A stretch of DNA of 64,000 nucleotides from contig NW_002060949.1 of the NCBI RefSeq assembly GCF_000150275.1, forward strand, positions 3,354,449 to 3,418,448, read 5' to 3'. The stretch comes from Trichoplax adhaerens. Its lineage: Eukaryota; Animalia; Placozoa. The notes beneath the pieces are model-generated. The model searched no databases. It saw nothing but the letters and a program-made list of their open reading frames with translations, and had not been told where the DNA came from. This document shows, in pieces, positions 35,087 through 47,525 of the stretch. The position numbers and the translations under genes are program-made. Each line of letters begins with the position of its first letter. Positions within the stretch are counted from its first letter, which is position 1.

Positions 35087-38000
35087 TTAAGATTGCATAG
35101 CACTCTGAACGGCATAACTTACATCGTCCTGACTGACGTTTAATCTAATCTTCGCCAGCTGGGCACAACCGGGTTCTACTAGTAGCAACTTGCAGGAACC
35201 CAATCTTTGGCATAACTTAAGTACCTCCGATGGGCTGCATACCATAATTCCTAGTAAGAAATATTTAGTTAAAAATTAATAGATAATAAAGCATGCAGTA
35301 GCAACTTAACTTTAATATTTATAGTTAAAATAATAACCTTCCGTTCGGCAAATAGATACATACTGTTCATAAACCTATGCAGAGAAAATAACGTAAGCTG
35401 CACATTTATCAAAATTAATATAATGATTTCAAGGAATTTACAAACCTCTTTAAAAACTGTCTCTTCAACTCCGCTCAATCGAAAAGATACAATAACGGCG
35501 CGAAGAAATAACTGTTCATGTACGGAAGCGTTTCTGCAAAGGATTGCAATGACATTTTTCATAAAATCGATATCATGGATTACCGATCAACTCTGTACGA
35601 GCAAATACCTTATAGCGGCTATCTTCGGAGATGAAAACATCTCAGAAATAGCTGTTGCTACATGTTTCATTTCTACCTTTGCGTCGCTACTGTTATCTAA
35701 ATCTTGCCCTTTGTCTAACTGCTGATTAACAATCTCGACAGCTCTGCGACAGATATCTAACGTACGCCTAACATCTCCAGATACTGCAGCAACCTGGTAT
35801 AATTTATGAATATAAAAAATATCGTAATGGCAATTAGACAATGTAAATTGGATTTAAAGGAAGCAATAACACAAATTCAAATATCATCATTATGGAATAC
35901 TGTATATCATGTAATAACTTTTTAAACTATTTACCTTTCTAGCCACGAACTGAATCGCATCTGGGCTAAATATTTCCTCCAAATTAGCTAGACGTGCTCG
36001 TATAATACGTTCTAACTGATTAAAACTGTACGGCTGAAAAGTTAATCGAGTCAACCCCTATCAATAAAAATTATAGACATCCTATTTAACTGTTTATATA
36101 ATTAATCGAATACTCAATTAAAGAATAGCAGTGATCATTTCCACCTTACCAATCTACTAGAAACCCTATTGATCATTGTTCGCTCCGGTAGATCCATAGT
36201 ATTAGCAACAGCCAGTACAATTAAACGGGAGTAGCGAGCATTTGGCCAATCGAATAAGTTGTACATTACATGTTGTTTACGAGTCCATAGTAGGTCCAAC
36301 TGAAAACGATATGAAAGACTACTATTAGTTGCGTAATTAATTTTTAATCAATTACACAAGAATTAAAGCATTAGCCTATGCTAAAGAGCCAGCTATTTAA
36401 TTCAAACCTCATCAACAAGTACAATAGTCGCATATTTTTGGTTAGAGTTAAAATATGTATTTAGAATGCTGGCGCTTCTTTCAGCTGCAGCCTTTTCTCC
36501 TGTTAATTGCTGAAATGAACCAATTTTTTACATTTTTCTTAACTTATTAAGTAAATTTGAGAATTTCTTTACGCAGATATGACAGTATTGAACACAATCA
36601 TTGTATTACGACAGCAGATCCTTACCTTTAAAATTTCAACATAGGCTTGACTTGGTTCTGTAAGTCTCATTCCGTTAATTTCGATAAATTTAAACTTTGG
36701 TATCTGCTTCGTTTGCACAGCTTGCCTTAGTTCTTGAACTACTGAGTAAATTGTTGCAGTTTTCCCAGTTCCGGGTACTCCAGATATATACATACACCTA
36801 ACGATTATATAATTATTTCTTAATTGCCATCGATACGTATACATCATCCTATTTCCCATCAAATATATGATAGAAATGAATTCATAGTAGTCTAATTAAT
36901 GATAATCGTAAGCTCAATAAAAATTTATGACCAACATGACAGTAACTTTAGTTCTACATTACTTATTAATATGAATAGGTAAGTTTACAATCTAATTGTG
37001 ATACTATAATAACATAGGCATTGCATATTGATATCTATGTTGCATCATTAACTTTGTAGCAGTTATATATATAGGAAATACATAAAATTAAAAAATATAC
37101 GTACATACCCTCCACACTTATCCAATAATTTACTAGAAATAAAATCGTAAATGTTAGCGTATTCTTCCTCCCGACACGGTAGCGGTCCGACGACTTCGCT
37201 TATTTTTAAGCTATAACATAATATTTTTGTTAATAATTATAATTCTATTTATTATTTGACTACGTATTTTACATTCTAGGAGATAGTAATACTGTGTATG
37301 TGTATAGACTGGCATTGCAATCATGAACCATAAATACTTATGGTCTGCTTGTATAGTAATCCTTAGCCAACATTATGTTCTTACTAATTCTGCATTATTT
37401 GTTATAAATTTTTAATTGGATTAGAGATATTTAGCCAGTCAATCCAATTTATGATTCGCTTATTAAATGCATTTAATTATTCAATGCATGAAAAAAGGGG
37501 GTAGATATCTACCGTAGAGATAGGACTAGTATGAGTTTATAGAAAGCGAGTGTATTGCTGTACTTAATTTTCCGTGGTATATGAACCAGCGCAGATTACA
37601 GTACTGAATTCGGTATAAGAACGTCTATCAGTGGATTGCATATATAGCCAGAACAGCAGCTACTTTACTTTATATATATTTTACAGTTTTTTTCTAACGT
37701 TATCTAGTACACCACAGACTACAGCTACACCTGATGACGGTTTGAAGCCTTTCATGATTTCGATATCGGAAGCAGATTGTTACTATTTACCGTATATAAA
37801 TTCCATCGTCTTTATATCGATCAGTAAGTACGTACAAGTTTTTCACTTTCAATAATATAAGTTATTGCGTTCGGCAGGTACCATGAACTTTTGGACTCAA
37901 TAACTCGTGTCTCGTAAAATACACGTCACTGTGACTAAATGCCCATAGCCACGTGTGAGTACTAATCTCTAATCATCATATTGGATCTATTACTGTGATC

Positions 38001-38758
38001 ATCTAGTCTTACATTTTATGCAAGTACGTGTGCTATTGAATATGATAAAGTCACGGTCTACCAAGGAATCATAAAAAGTTTTGAGTAAACATTATTAAAC
38101 TTACCAGAGTCTATTTCTAGTAGATGATTTGCTATTCTTTATTATTGTAGCTGGTCTGTCATTAGCCGCCGTATCAGCGGTCTTCAAGGTATTGATAGTC
38201 TCACTGGTAGGCGTCTTCAACGAGCGTATTGTTCTCTTGGAAACTAGTAGTTTATGTGGTAATTGGGCACTTTTGCTGTAAGTTTAACACATATATGCGT
38301 GTAAAACAAGAGTCAGATCATTCTGTTACTAAGCATACGAATCAGCAATGACTTTGCGTATATATGATGCAACTATTCCCTTAATATTCGATTTCTGACT
38401 ATTTCTCTTAGCATTAAATACCATGCATTAATTATAATTCAGAATCATGGTTATAAATAAATTTAAATTTATTGATGGTATTGTATAATCAACTTTTATA
38501 CCGATATGTTATCAGATTATCTGAGTGTGCTTGGCAATATCTTAAAACAGAGATAATTTCACCCTACGTAGACGGTATAAAGTATCTGGCGGCGTTTCTA
38601 TTTCTACATTAGCTTATACGCGAAAGTAATCTGCATCCATTCGCAAACCTCGGTCTGGTGAGGGAATTTTTAGCTTTCGTTTTCATTGGGCTCATTAACG
38701 CAGAAGTTTTACAACTTCGTGTTATCCGACGTTTGATTGCACCTTTACCGATAGGCAT
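35087..38758 (-). CDS. ORC1: Origin recognition complex subunit 1 (AAA+ and winged helix), multi-exon
   Basis: [15 protein letters not shown]...[15 protein letters not shown] (Walker A), [18 protein letters not shown]|[18 protein letters not shown] (Walker B), [43 protein letters not shown]. The N-terminal exons (38648-38758, 38105-38276) are less certain. Confidence 0.93.
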
Positions 38759-39151
38759 GGTGTTGCTCTTTCTTTCCTCTCTAGTTTAACTTAATTTCTA
38801 AAAAGAAAGTGAGAGTTCAAGCTTATCATTACCAAGGAACATTACATGTAAAACATGGCTGCATGTGTATTTTGACTAGAGTTTTTACATTTAAGATCGA
38901 ATATACAGTAAGTCAATACCAGAGAAATGATGGATTGGATAGTTTGCACCGTTCAATGACTTCAATAGACTCCAAGTACTTCAAAGCCTTTCGAAATTCT
39001 GATATTACCGAACTGCGTGGACCTTGCGTCTACTTGAGAATGATAGCCCCATCGCGATGGTTTATTGACGCATTTTATTGACAAGGTTGAGCAGAAGCTG
39101 GAGCTGGAGATTTACAGCTTGCAGGATTGCCTGGATACTGGATGCCGTCAG

Positions 39152-39900
39152 CCTACAGTGTACAGTACTTTCGAATACAGTACTGTACAGTTGTACTGTA
39201 CTTTACACTGTACGCTTGTGATCAGATGTGATAATAACTTACTGTACTGTATATTATATCAGAATGCAGACAAGTTATGCAGCACTATTTTGGATAAAAA
39301 TCCATTTAAAAGATGGATGTAGACACAAGAATACACCAAGAATTTTCGATATTGAATGCTATGTATTGCTCCATGAGTGTTGTCATTTTGGAAAGCACTG
39401 ATTGTCAGTGCCATGTAGTCTACAGAACATGATTACCATACAGTTTTACTTCGAAATCGGGCCCCCCCCCATGACAAAGCTCACGGAACAGTAGATAGGG
39501 CTCAATCTTGTCATGAATTTCGATGAATGAATTTTGATCCCCAAATGATCAATCTTAATGCCTGCACAATCTTAAATCACAAATACTGAAGGTGAGAACT
39601 TGTACTTGCTCAAATACTGTAAATGAGTACGCTTTTCATCAACTAGTTAATTTAATTACCGGAAACCATCAATGGCCGGGGCCGGGCAGCAGCCACCACT
39701 TCCGCTCGGTTACAGTACAGTACTGTAGAGTACAGTGTACAGTACAGAACTGTAGAGTACAGTGTACAGTACTGTACAGTACAGATGATTACTAGCAAGT
39801 ACTGTACTGTACTGTTCTGTACTGTACACTGTACAGTATAGTACCGTGTTCTCTCCAGACCCGTAATCCGGTAAAGAAAAACGCGCCAAAGGTTCAAATA
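39152..39900. promoter_or_regulatory. Bidirectional ORC1/SAS-6 promoter with two TACAG/CTGTA arrays (39152-39250, 39711-39844)
   Basis: Divergent genes. Arrays of tacagtactgtacag. Perfect 21-bp inverted repeat at 39730-39750 and 39814-39834. ETS-like CACTTCCG near 39696. Confidence 0.75.
39882..39898 (-). promoter_or_regulatory. E2F site (TTTGGCGCG) adjacent to a CHR-like TTTGAA
   Basis: + strand cgcgccaaa-gg-ttcaaa, i.e. minus-strand TTTGAA-cc-TTTGGCGCG, between two cell-cycle genes. Confidence 0.55.
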
Positions 39901-40276
39901 CTGTCCTAGAGGGATTTGGGAGGTTTTTCCTTTGCCTGTAAGGCTTGTAGTAAGTGTTTGAGTGCATGGTACAGCGCGTTAGCAGTTCACTACACATTAC
40001 CGTATAACGACGTGACACCCGTAGTCGACTGACATCAACAGTGGTGTGTAGCAAAATAAGACTGTCAACCTGTAGTCTAGTGACTTTAAAGGTTTGAAGC
40101 ACCTTGGGAAAAGGCCAATCCAAAGGGTCAAAGCTAGTCCAATTTCATTGAAGCTTGAATCCTTGAAAATTGGCTAAGTTGCGACCATTTTTCCTTGTGG
40201 ATTTTGTTGCATTTTCTCTCTCTTTTACACGAATGTTCTTCAAGAATTCTATACCAGTCCATACGGTGATGCCATT

Positions 40277-43200
40277 ATGTCCACTCTCTACCAAAACACG
40301 ATCCTTGTGACTGTTAAACAAGCGAATGGAGAAGATAGGTTAGTTCGTTTTTAATGGCCTATGAAGCCATTTCTTAGGACGCAGTGAATAAAAATCTATC
40401 CGTTGTTTGGCGTTCTATTTTACCACGTCTTGGTACAATGATATTTCTATTAATTACACTACACTAATATGAACGCCATGATCAATGGCCACCACAGTAT
40501 TTCTCACTGACGAATCCTTGGCATGATTTTGAGAAAATAGCTTTCTCCATGGTCAATGACCCATTGAAATATCAAGTCAACTTTGGAGGAAAACAGTCAA
40601 TATAGAGTATACATAGGAGTTTGTGTCCTCCTTCGTCTACCAAACACTATCAGTGGCTTCGCTTATCTACTCTACCTTTCCAGTTTACCATTTTTATTCT
40701 CGCTTTTAACGGACTGTTTACAAGCAAAGCTTTCCAAAGAGATCACCAATTATTAATATTACCAGTATACAGAAGTGAAATTATGACGTCAATATGATGT
40801 TAAGACAATCTTGAAATGAAGGAAATAACTGTTCACTTTAACTAATATAGTATACGTATCTTTTTATATCGAAGCAAGCTCCTACATATAGACTTTAACC
40901 TACTTTCTTATCGACTCTACTATAAATGTTGCTATGATAGTCTCAAGTAAAGTTTCAATGTTATTGTCCAGGATTGAGCTAGTTATGTCACTACGTTAAG
41001 CTCTGAAGAGTCTGTTGTTCCTATTTATCCATGATTAAGCTTGCAAGATCTTCGTTAGATCATATAACAATATTTACCAAACTTAAGATATCTACTGACA
41101 GCTGACAAGATATGAGAGAGAATACGTATACCGTTCGCTTTACATTCGTCTATTACGGTGATCCTCAGCTGCTTATACGCAAAGTGTACTCGGGCTCGTG
41201 GTAGAAATAGCATATTCGTCTTGTTATAATGATAGTATAATTAGCAGCCAGTTTTCTAGAACTTTTAAATTTGCACTTAATTGGCTATAAAAAATTTATA
41301 ATAAATGGTGAAACGTATTTGCTGCTGTAAAGCCTTAAATGAAATACTATAGATACCTGTATTCTATGAATACTATTTTCACATTAATCTATGATGCTGC
41401 TCTGCTTATAGGCAAGTCAAACTTTCATTTTCTATCGATTGGAAGTACTCTGGCTCTGGCCGTAATCAGGTATTTAACAAATGTTACCTACAAATTATTA
41501 ATGGATAATTCTGAAGAATTCTGAATTAACGTAAAATCAGTATCGCCATAATCTGTAACATCTATTAAGGAATGATTGTATTTGATAATGTTAGTATACG
41601 GTATATGAAATTTTGTTATCTAAATAACGATAGGTGAAGATTATTTTGTAACTAATTTACAAATTATGCGTACATGTATGAACATTTGACGTTAAATTTT
41701 ATCATTGATCTTATCGTTTTATTCAATAATCAACCAGCAGTTAGCTATTCGAATTACTGATGAAGCGGATCCATTTTTTATTCTAAACCTAACATTAGGC
41801 GAAGAAGAATATCGCAGGTTTCTCATTATCATATTTCTTATTACCAGTAAATAGTCCAGCATATTTTGCTTATTTCTTACTGAACAAAACACGCTGGTAT
41901 GATCGTTTATAGTACCTGCTAGGATAGTTACCTGTAACTGTAATACTATGCTTGATATCAATAATGACTTTTTTATCGCTTTCTCTCTCTGTTGAACTAG
42001 CCTTAAAACCCAACAAAAATTGTTAGTTGATTTCATAACATTTCCAAAGAGTATTACTGACCTGTTGGAATTATGTCATAAAGCAGAGACCGAATCTATC
42101 CCAAAGTGAGTCATCAATCTTCGTCCAGTTATTGAAGAAATTTTCGTAGTACATATGATAATGTTTGAAAATTCTACTCGATCTTTGACAGTAAATCGCT
42201 TGTAATATCTAGGTATCTCTTAGTATTGTATACACACAACGGTGTCGATCAAGCTTATCCGACATTGGACGTTATCGAAACAAGCCAGTTTCGACATCTT
42301 GTTCATCTATCTCTGACGTTTGTACCTGGAAATGACAGCGAAGTCAAGAAACATTTAGCGCAATCTCTGAAACATTTTAAGGTATTGTAAAATTTTAACA
42401 CATAGAATAGATTTATTGTATCAGCTAATTTATCATCGTAATCATTTAATCTGTTTTTGATCACGTATTCCATTGTTAAATACGAGTATTTGTATATGAT
42501 ATTAACTTCAGTTTCGTTCCTCAATTTATGACATTGCATTAATTGACGGATTCCCTGTGACATTATCTTCTTGATATCTATATACTTTAGACTGAGTGTG
42601 GTGTGCTTAAAAGTAATTTAAAGGAAATGGAAAAGAATTACCGCTATCAGTTAGAAGATGCCAAAGAGGTAACAAATATAGCGAAAACTTTCGTCTCATA
42701 GCATTATATCGTAATAATTTCTTAGTATGATACTATAAATTTGTTGATACTAAACATACACTTATCTTTGGAATGATGTCGTAGAATTTATCTATTCGTA
42801 ATAAAGAACTTGAAACACTCAAGTTGGAATGGAACTCTAGATTGAACTACTTAACATCGACACATAATAACGAACTAGCTACGGAAAAGGAGAAATCTGC
42901 CATTGTAATTTATGTCATAATTATAAACAAAATTATTGCTTCAATTTTATTACCATTAACGAGATTATAATAGAATTATTGAATGAAATTTTAAATTGGA
43001 CTCTATTGTAGGCTATGCAGAATAATCAACAACGTTACGACACGGAACGTAAAGAAATAGAAGCTTCTCATCAGCGTATGACTCGACAATATGAATCTAA
43101 GATATCAGACTTAGAAAATCATAATAAAGTACGCTGTGATAAGTTATTTAAGTTAAGCCTTAGTTAACAAGATGATCAGAAAATCAAAATGGCCTTATAC

Positions 43201-45368
43201 AGTAATAATTATAATTATTTGTGTTTTTTAATCAGGAATTGTTAGATTCCAAGTATCAGTCTGAAACGATGTTGCGGGAACTTAAAGGGAAATATGCGAG
43301 TTTAGAAAATGTAATTCTTAATTTTCTTAAGGGCTATTGCGAATCAGTGCATGTGCTTACTATTGCTATTCATTGTTATAGGAGCATAAGATCACTTTCG
43401 ATGAGTTAGATAAAATAAGAAAGCGAGTTAGCTCATCTAACTTAGATTTACAAGATAAAGACAAAATCATACTCCAGTTAGAAACTAAACTAGCAATTTT
43501 AAATCAAGATATCGAAAGCAAGGGAGAGGTATTTATTTATTCTTTAACTATTAGATATAAAATTAATTTCGGTGAGGATATTAAATGCACTCATTTCATT
43601 TATAGCTTCTACATGAAAATAAAGCACTACTTACTACCATTGCTGAGGAAAAGGTACGTAGCCGCTTGATTGTTTCTAAAGTTGTTTTTTGTAATTCTTT
43701 CTTTTGTATATTGTTTAGCAACAACTTGGGCAATTATGTGATAAAAGGCAGCAAATGTGCAGTAAATTAGAGAATGAGAATATTGCCTTGACAGGAGATA
43801 TTAAAAAGGTCCTTAATAAATGTATACCTCTAACGGTGCAATTTCGTTATTTATATAATTTAAAGTAATTGTATTTGTAATTTATTGCTGGCTATGTAGG
43901 CAAATGAAATTATAAAAAATCTTCAAGGAAGTCTGAAAGCTTCAGAGAGTAAAGTTAGTATCTGATAGCGGATTAATTACTTAATTTTCAACGCTAGAGC
44001 ACATAATATACAGAAACCTAATGCTAGTTATACTTCAGATAAAAGAAAGAGATTTCGTAACAGTTGAGCAAGAGAAGATCATCAAGGAGAAGGCAAGCTT
44101 TAAATTAGAAATCGTTAAATAGTGTCTTAATTTACACTTGTCGGTAAATCTTTGCTGATATCGTACAGGAAAAATCGTTACAATCTAAGAAACGGGAATT
44201 GCAATCGATCCGTGACGTAGTAGAAAAAAAGGATAACGAGGTACCGTAAATGAAAAGACAGTTTAAAGGATTATTATTATCGTATTAATGCCCAAGAGCT
44301 ATTATTTGCCTAATAAATTTAGATAAAATCCTTAAATGACAAAATTGAAAAGTATCATGATAAATTGGAAGAGAGCAAAAAGCAATTAAAAACTAACGAA
44401 CAATGTTAGTCGTGCTTTAACTTTGAATTATATCTGGAATGAATTCAAAATTAATCATTTAATTTACTGCATTGTTAAATTCGTAGTAATCGAATATTTA
44501 AATAAAATGTTGAATGATGCCCGCATACCTGCTCAGCCTCGGCCTATTTCAAAGTACACAGGAAGTAATCCTGTTACAGTCGACTACAGCCGACGATATC
44601 ATATGGTAAGCAAGACAACATTTGAATAATTCTTAATTTCTAGTACTCGATGAAAATAGATAAATATGTACGCGTATATATTTTTTGACTTAAGTATTTC
44701 ATTTTAAGCGGAATACAAACAGTGATTCGGCACTTGGTAATGTGCAACCGCGTAATTGGCCTGTACCGATTACCAAGACACTGCAGTCAAGTACAGGAGT
44801 ATTAACTAATCCACAAACTGATGTGCCAAGTTTGCCGCAGCAAAACCAAACAGTCAAACTTGAAAAAGTAAGTTTCTGTCTCGATGAATGTATAGTATCA
44901 TACAATTACTTCTGATTTTAAATGCACTGCAACTGTAGTGTAAGACGAAATAAAATTGACTTATTAGTCTTAAATTTTTAATAACAATTTGATACCAATT
45001 TATGCCCAATAATTTCAATAAAGTTACTATAATAAAATTAATAATGCTTTATATAATTAATTCCATGTACTAAAATGCTTGATTACATTTAGGTTGTATA
45101 TCAGCCATCGTTGACAAAAATTTCTAGCAATGCGTCATACGATATTCTAGCTAATAGTGGAACACCCCAGAACGTAGTAACCAACAGACCAGATGTTAAA
45201 CCAATCGATTCGATATATCTACAAAAAGCCAACTCTCCAAATAATGAAAATCATGCCGCGAAACAACCTATTAATAACAGACGTATCGATCCAGATATTG
45301 TCACTGGGCCTTATACCCCTCAAAGTTATATGTCAGCCTACTTTCCGAAAGATGTAGATAAGTATTAA
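40277..45368 (+). CDS. SASS6: Spindle assembly abnormal protein 6 (centriole cartwheel), multi-exon
   Basis: MSTLYQNTILVTVK...|QVKLSFSI (41412-41469)|LAIRITDEADPFFILNL...|SLKTQQKLLVDFITFP (PISA motif)...VIETSQFRHLVHLSL...PGNDSEVKKHLA, long coiled coil, ANEIIKNLQG, LKTNEQ|LIEYLNKMLN and C-terminal SAYFP. One GC-AG intron (44093-44168). Confidence 0.93.
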
Positions 45369-47525
45369 ATATTGAACATTCTTCCGCAAATAAGTGTGAT
45401 ATTTATCATTTCAAGCCTGTGCTATACTAAGTCAATAGATACCTTTATTGTTACTCGCCAAACCACCGAAGTATTTGCATTCCTGCGCACACATGTATTC
45501 TAGGAGCGAGTTTATGACTGCTAAATATTATTCTTTCTGCGTTATCTTTGCATAGTATACTAAATGGTAGCATTTAATTACAACTTGAGTAGCTGTACCG
45601 ATCTATCCTATATTTTAAATTGGACTCATAAGCGGTTAGCTTGTGAAGATTGTATCGATGTTAGATTTTAACGCTACATTTTTTACTTTAAACTTTTCGT
45701 ACCACCTATCGATTTTTACCTTGGTATTTTATACTAGACAGGAGTAATGTACATTGTACAGGATATATCACAGCATTTCATACTGTATATATATTATGCG
45801 AGTAGATTAATTTCAGCGCATATCATTTCTGATTAATTCCTTATTAAATTTTAATATAGTTACGTTACAAGTAAGATTTGCTTACTGAAAGATAGAATTA
45901 TAATGGTTATGCATTTGCCTTCTTCAAAATTTTGACATGCTAATTGTTCGAAAGGTGCCTACGGGATTTAAAAGCTTTTATTAGAAATAGCAGAAGGCTA
46001 TTGTACAAAAATAATAATTGAAGTGAAGTAAGAAATCTATCCTACTTTTACGCGTAATTAACATAATGCAATAAAATTGATTAGAAAAAGACATCTTTGT
46101 TGAGTTACTGCGTAACAAGTGTTACACTTCAAGAATGTAAAAGCAAATGTAATGAATTGAAATCGTGGCCTTTAGGCTACCTTATTAAAGTCTAGAATAC
46201 AATTTAAACAAATTTATAACGGACAATAACTGCCCGGACATTAAAATTAAACAAAGAAAGATAAAATTTTATTAAGTTGTACGTGTATGAATCAATTAAA
46301 TAGAAATATTACTTTAGTAAATAATTTGATATTACAATAATTAATCTTAAAAGATGCCATCTATTTGAACTGTGCGGTATGGCATGATTTGCAATTACCG
46401 AAGCTACATAAAAAGTTAAGGAACATTATACAATTTAGAAATCTATCCTTTAGCTTATAAATTGCTAACTTGCACATTAAACATAAAATTACAAATTTTA
46501 ATACATTCTTAAATTATATCAGAAAGAATTACCAATGTACGCTACCGAAGATAAAAAATGACAGTAATTAAAAATATTACCAGCACTAGCGTAATTTTTT
46601 AAATTAAGAAATTATACAAATAATGAAATCTGTAAATGTTAATTTAAAAGTGCAGTCCATTTTATGATTTCTAATGAGGCTCTTGCAATTAGTATCTTAT
46701 ATAAAATTATTGACTTAATCAGCAAGGATCTTAGTTAAAACTTTAGGCATGAAGTAGACTGTTGATTATTTTCATTCTTAGCAGTAGATCGATCATCAGC
46801 GCAAATTGAAAAGATGTATCTGAAAATGATATCAAGACTTGATAACAATTAAACATGTATTTCACTGATGGTAAGAAAATTAACGATTTGCGTTGTAATT
46901 CGTGTCCTACAATTGCTTGTTATACAGATAATAGTGCGAGCTCTTTAGTTTCGACAATTATAATAGAAAAGCTAAGAGATGAGTAATGCTCTTCTAAGTT
47001 TGTAAAGCTTATAGTGACGAAATTTCTATCGTGACTATAGCAAAATATCGAAACTTCTCACTGGTAACCAGTTTTACCAGGACTTGTCAAAGATGATTAA
47101 GTCTAAAGGAAATTTATAGTATCTCTATTAGCTTCAATTATTAGTATTGAAGAATGTGAAATTAATACAGTTTATAATTTCATCGCGTATAACTTAGTAA
47201 ATAGCATTTTATATTACAGTGTATACACGATTGTGCATCGATATTAACTAAATTAGATTCTAAGTTATAAAATTTGACAAAGTCAGCGCATTTGCGAAGC
47301 ACTCATAACGAAATCATGGAGGTTATAGTTACTAGCATACCAAGTGTAACGTAGCGATGTCACTAGTATGATTACTATATGAATGGGTGAAGTGCTGATT
47401 AAAATTAATCAGAAATGATAAGTAATTTAGTCGATCATTTCTTCTCGCTTGCAAAATTAAAATTTTAATGCATCATATGTAAATTGAATACAACGTCCTG
47501 AGTTGGCTTATCCGTATTTCAATAT

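Noticed and set aside
41110-41183. Candidate SAS-6 exon 2 (NTYTVRFTFVYYGDPQLLIRK)
   Set aside because: Poor splice sites. 41412-41469 has canonical sites, the right phase and better similarity.
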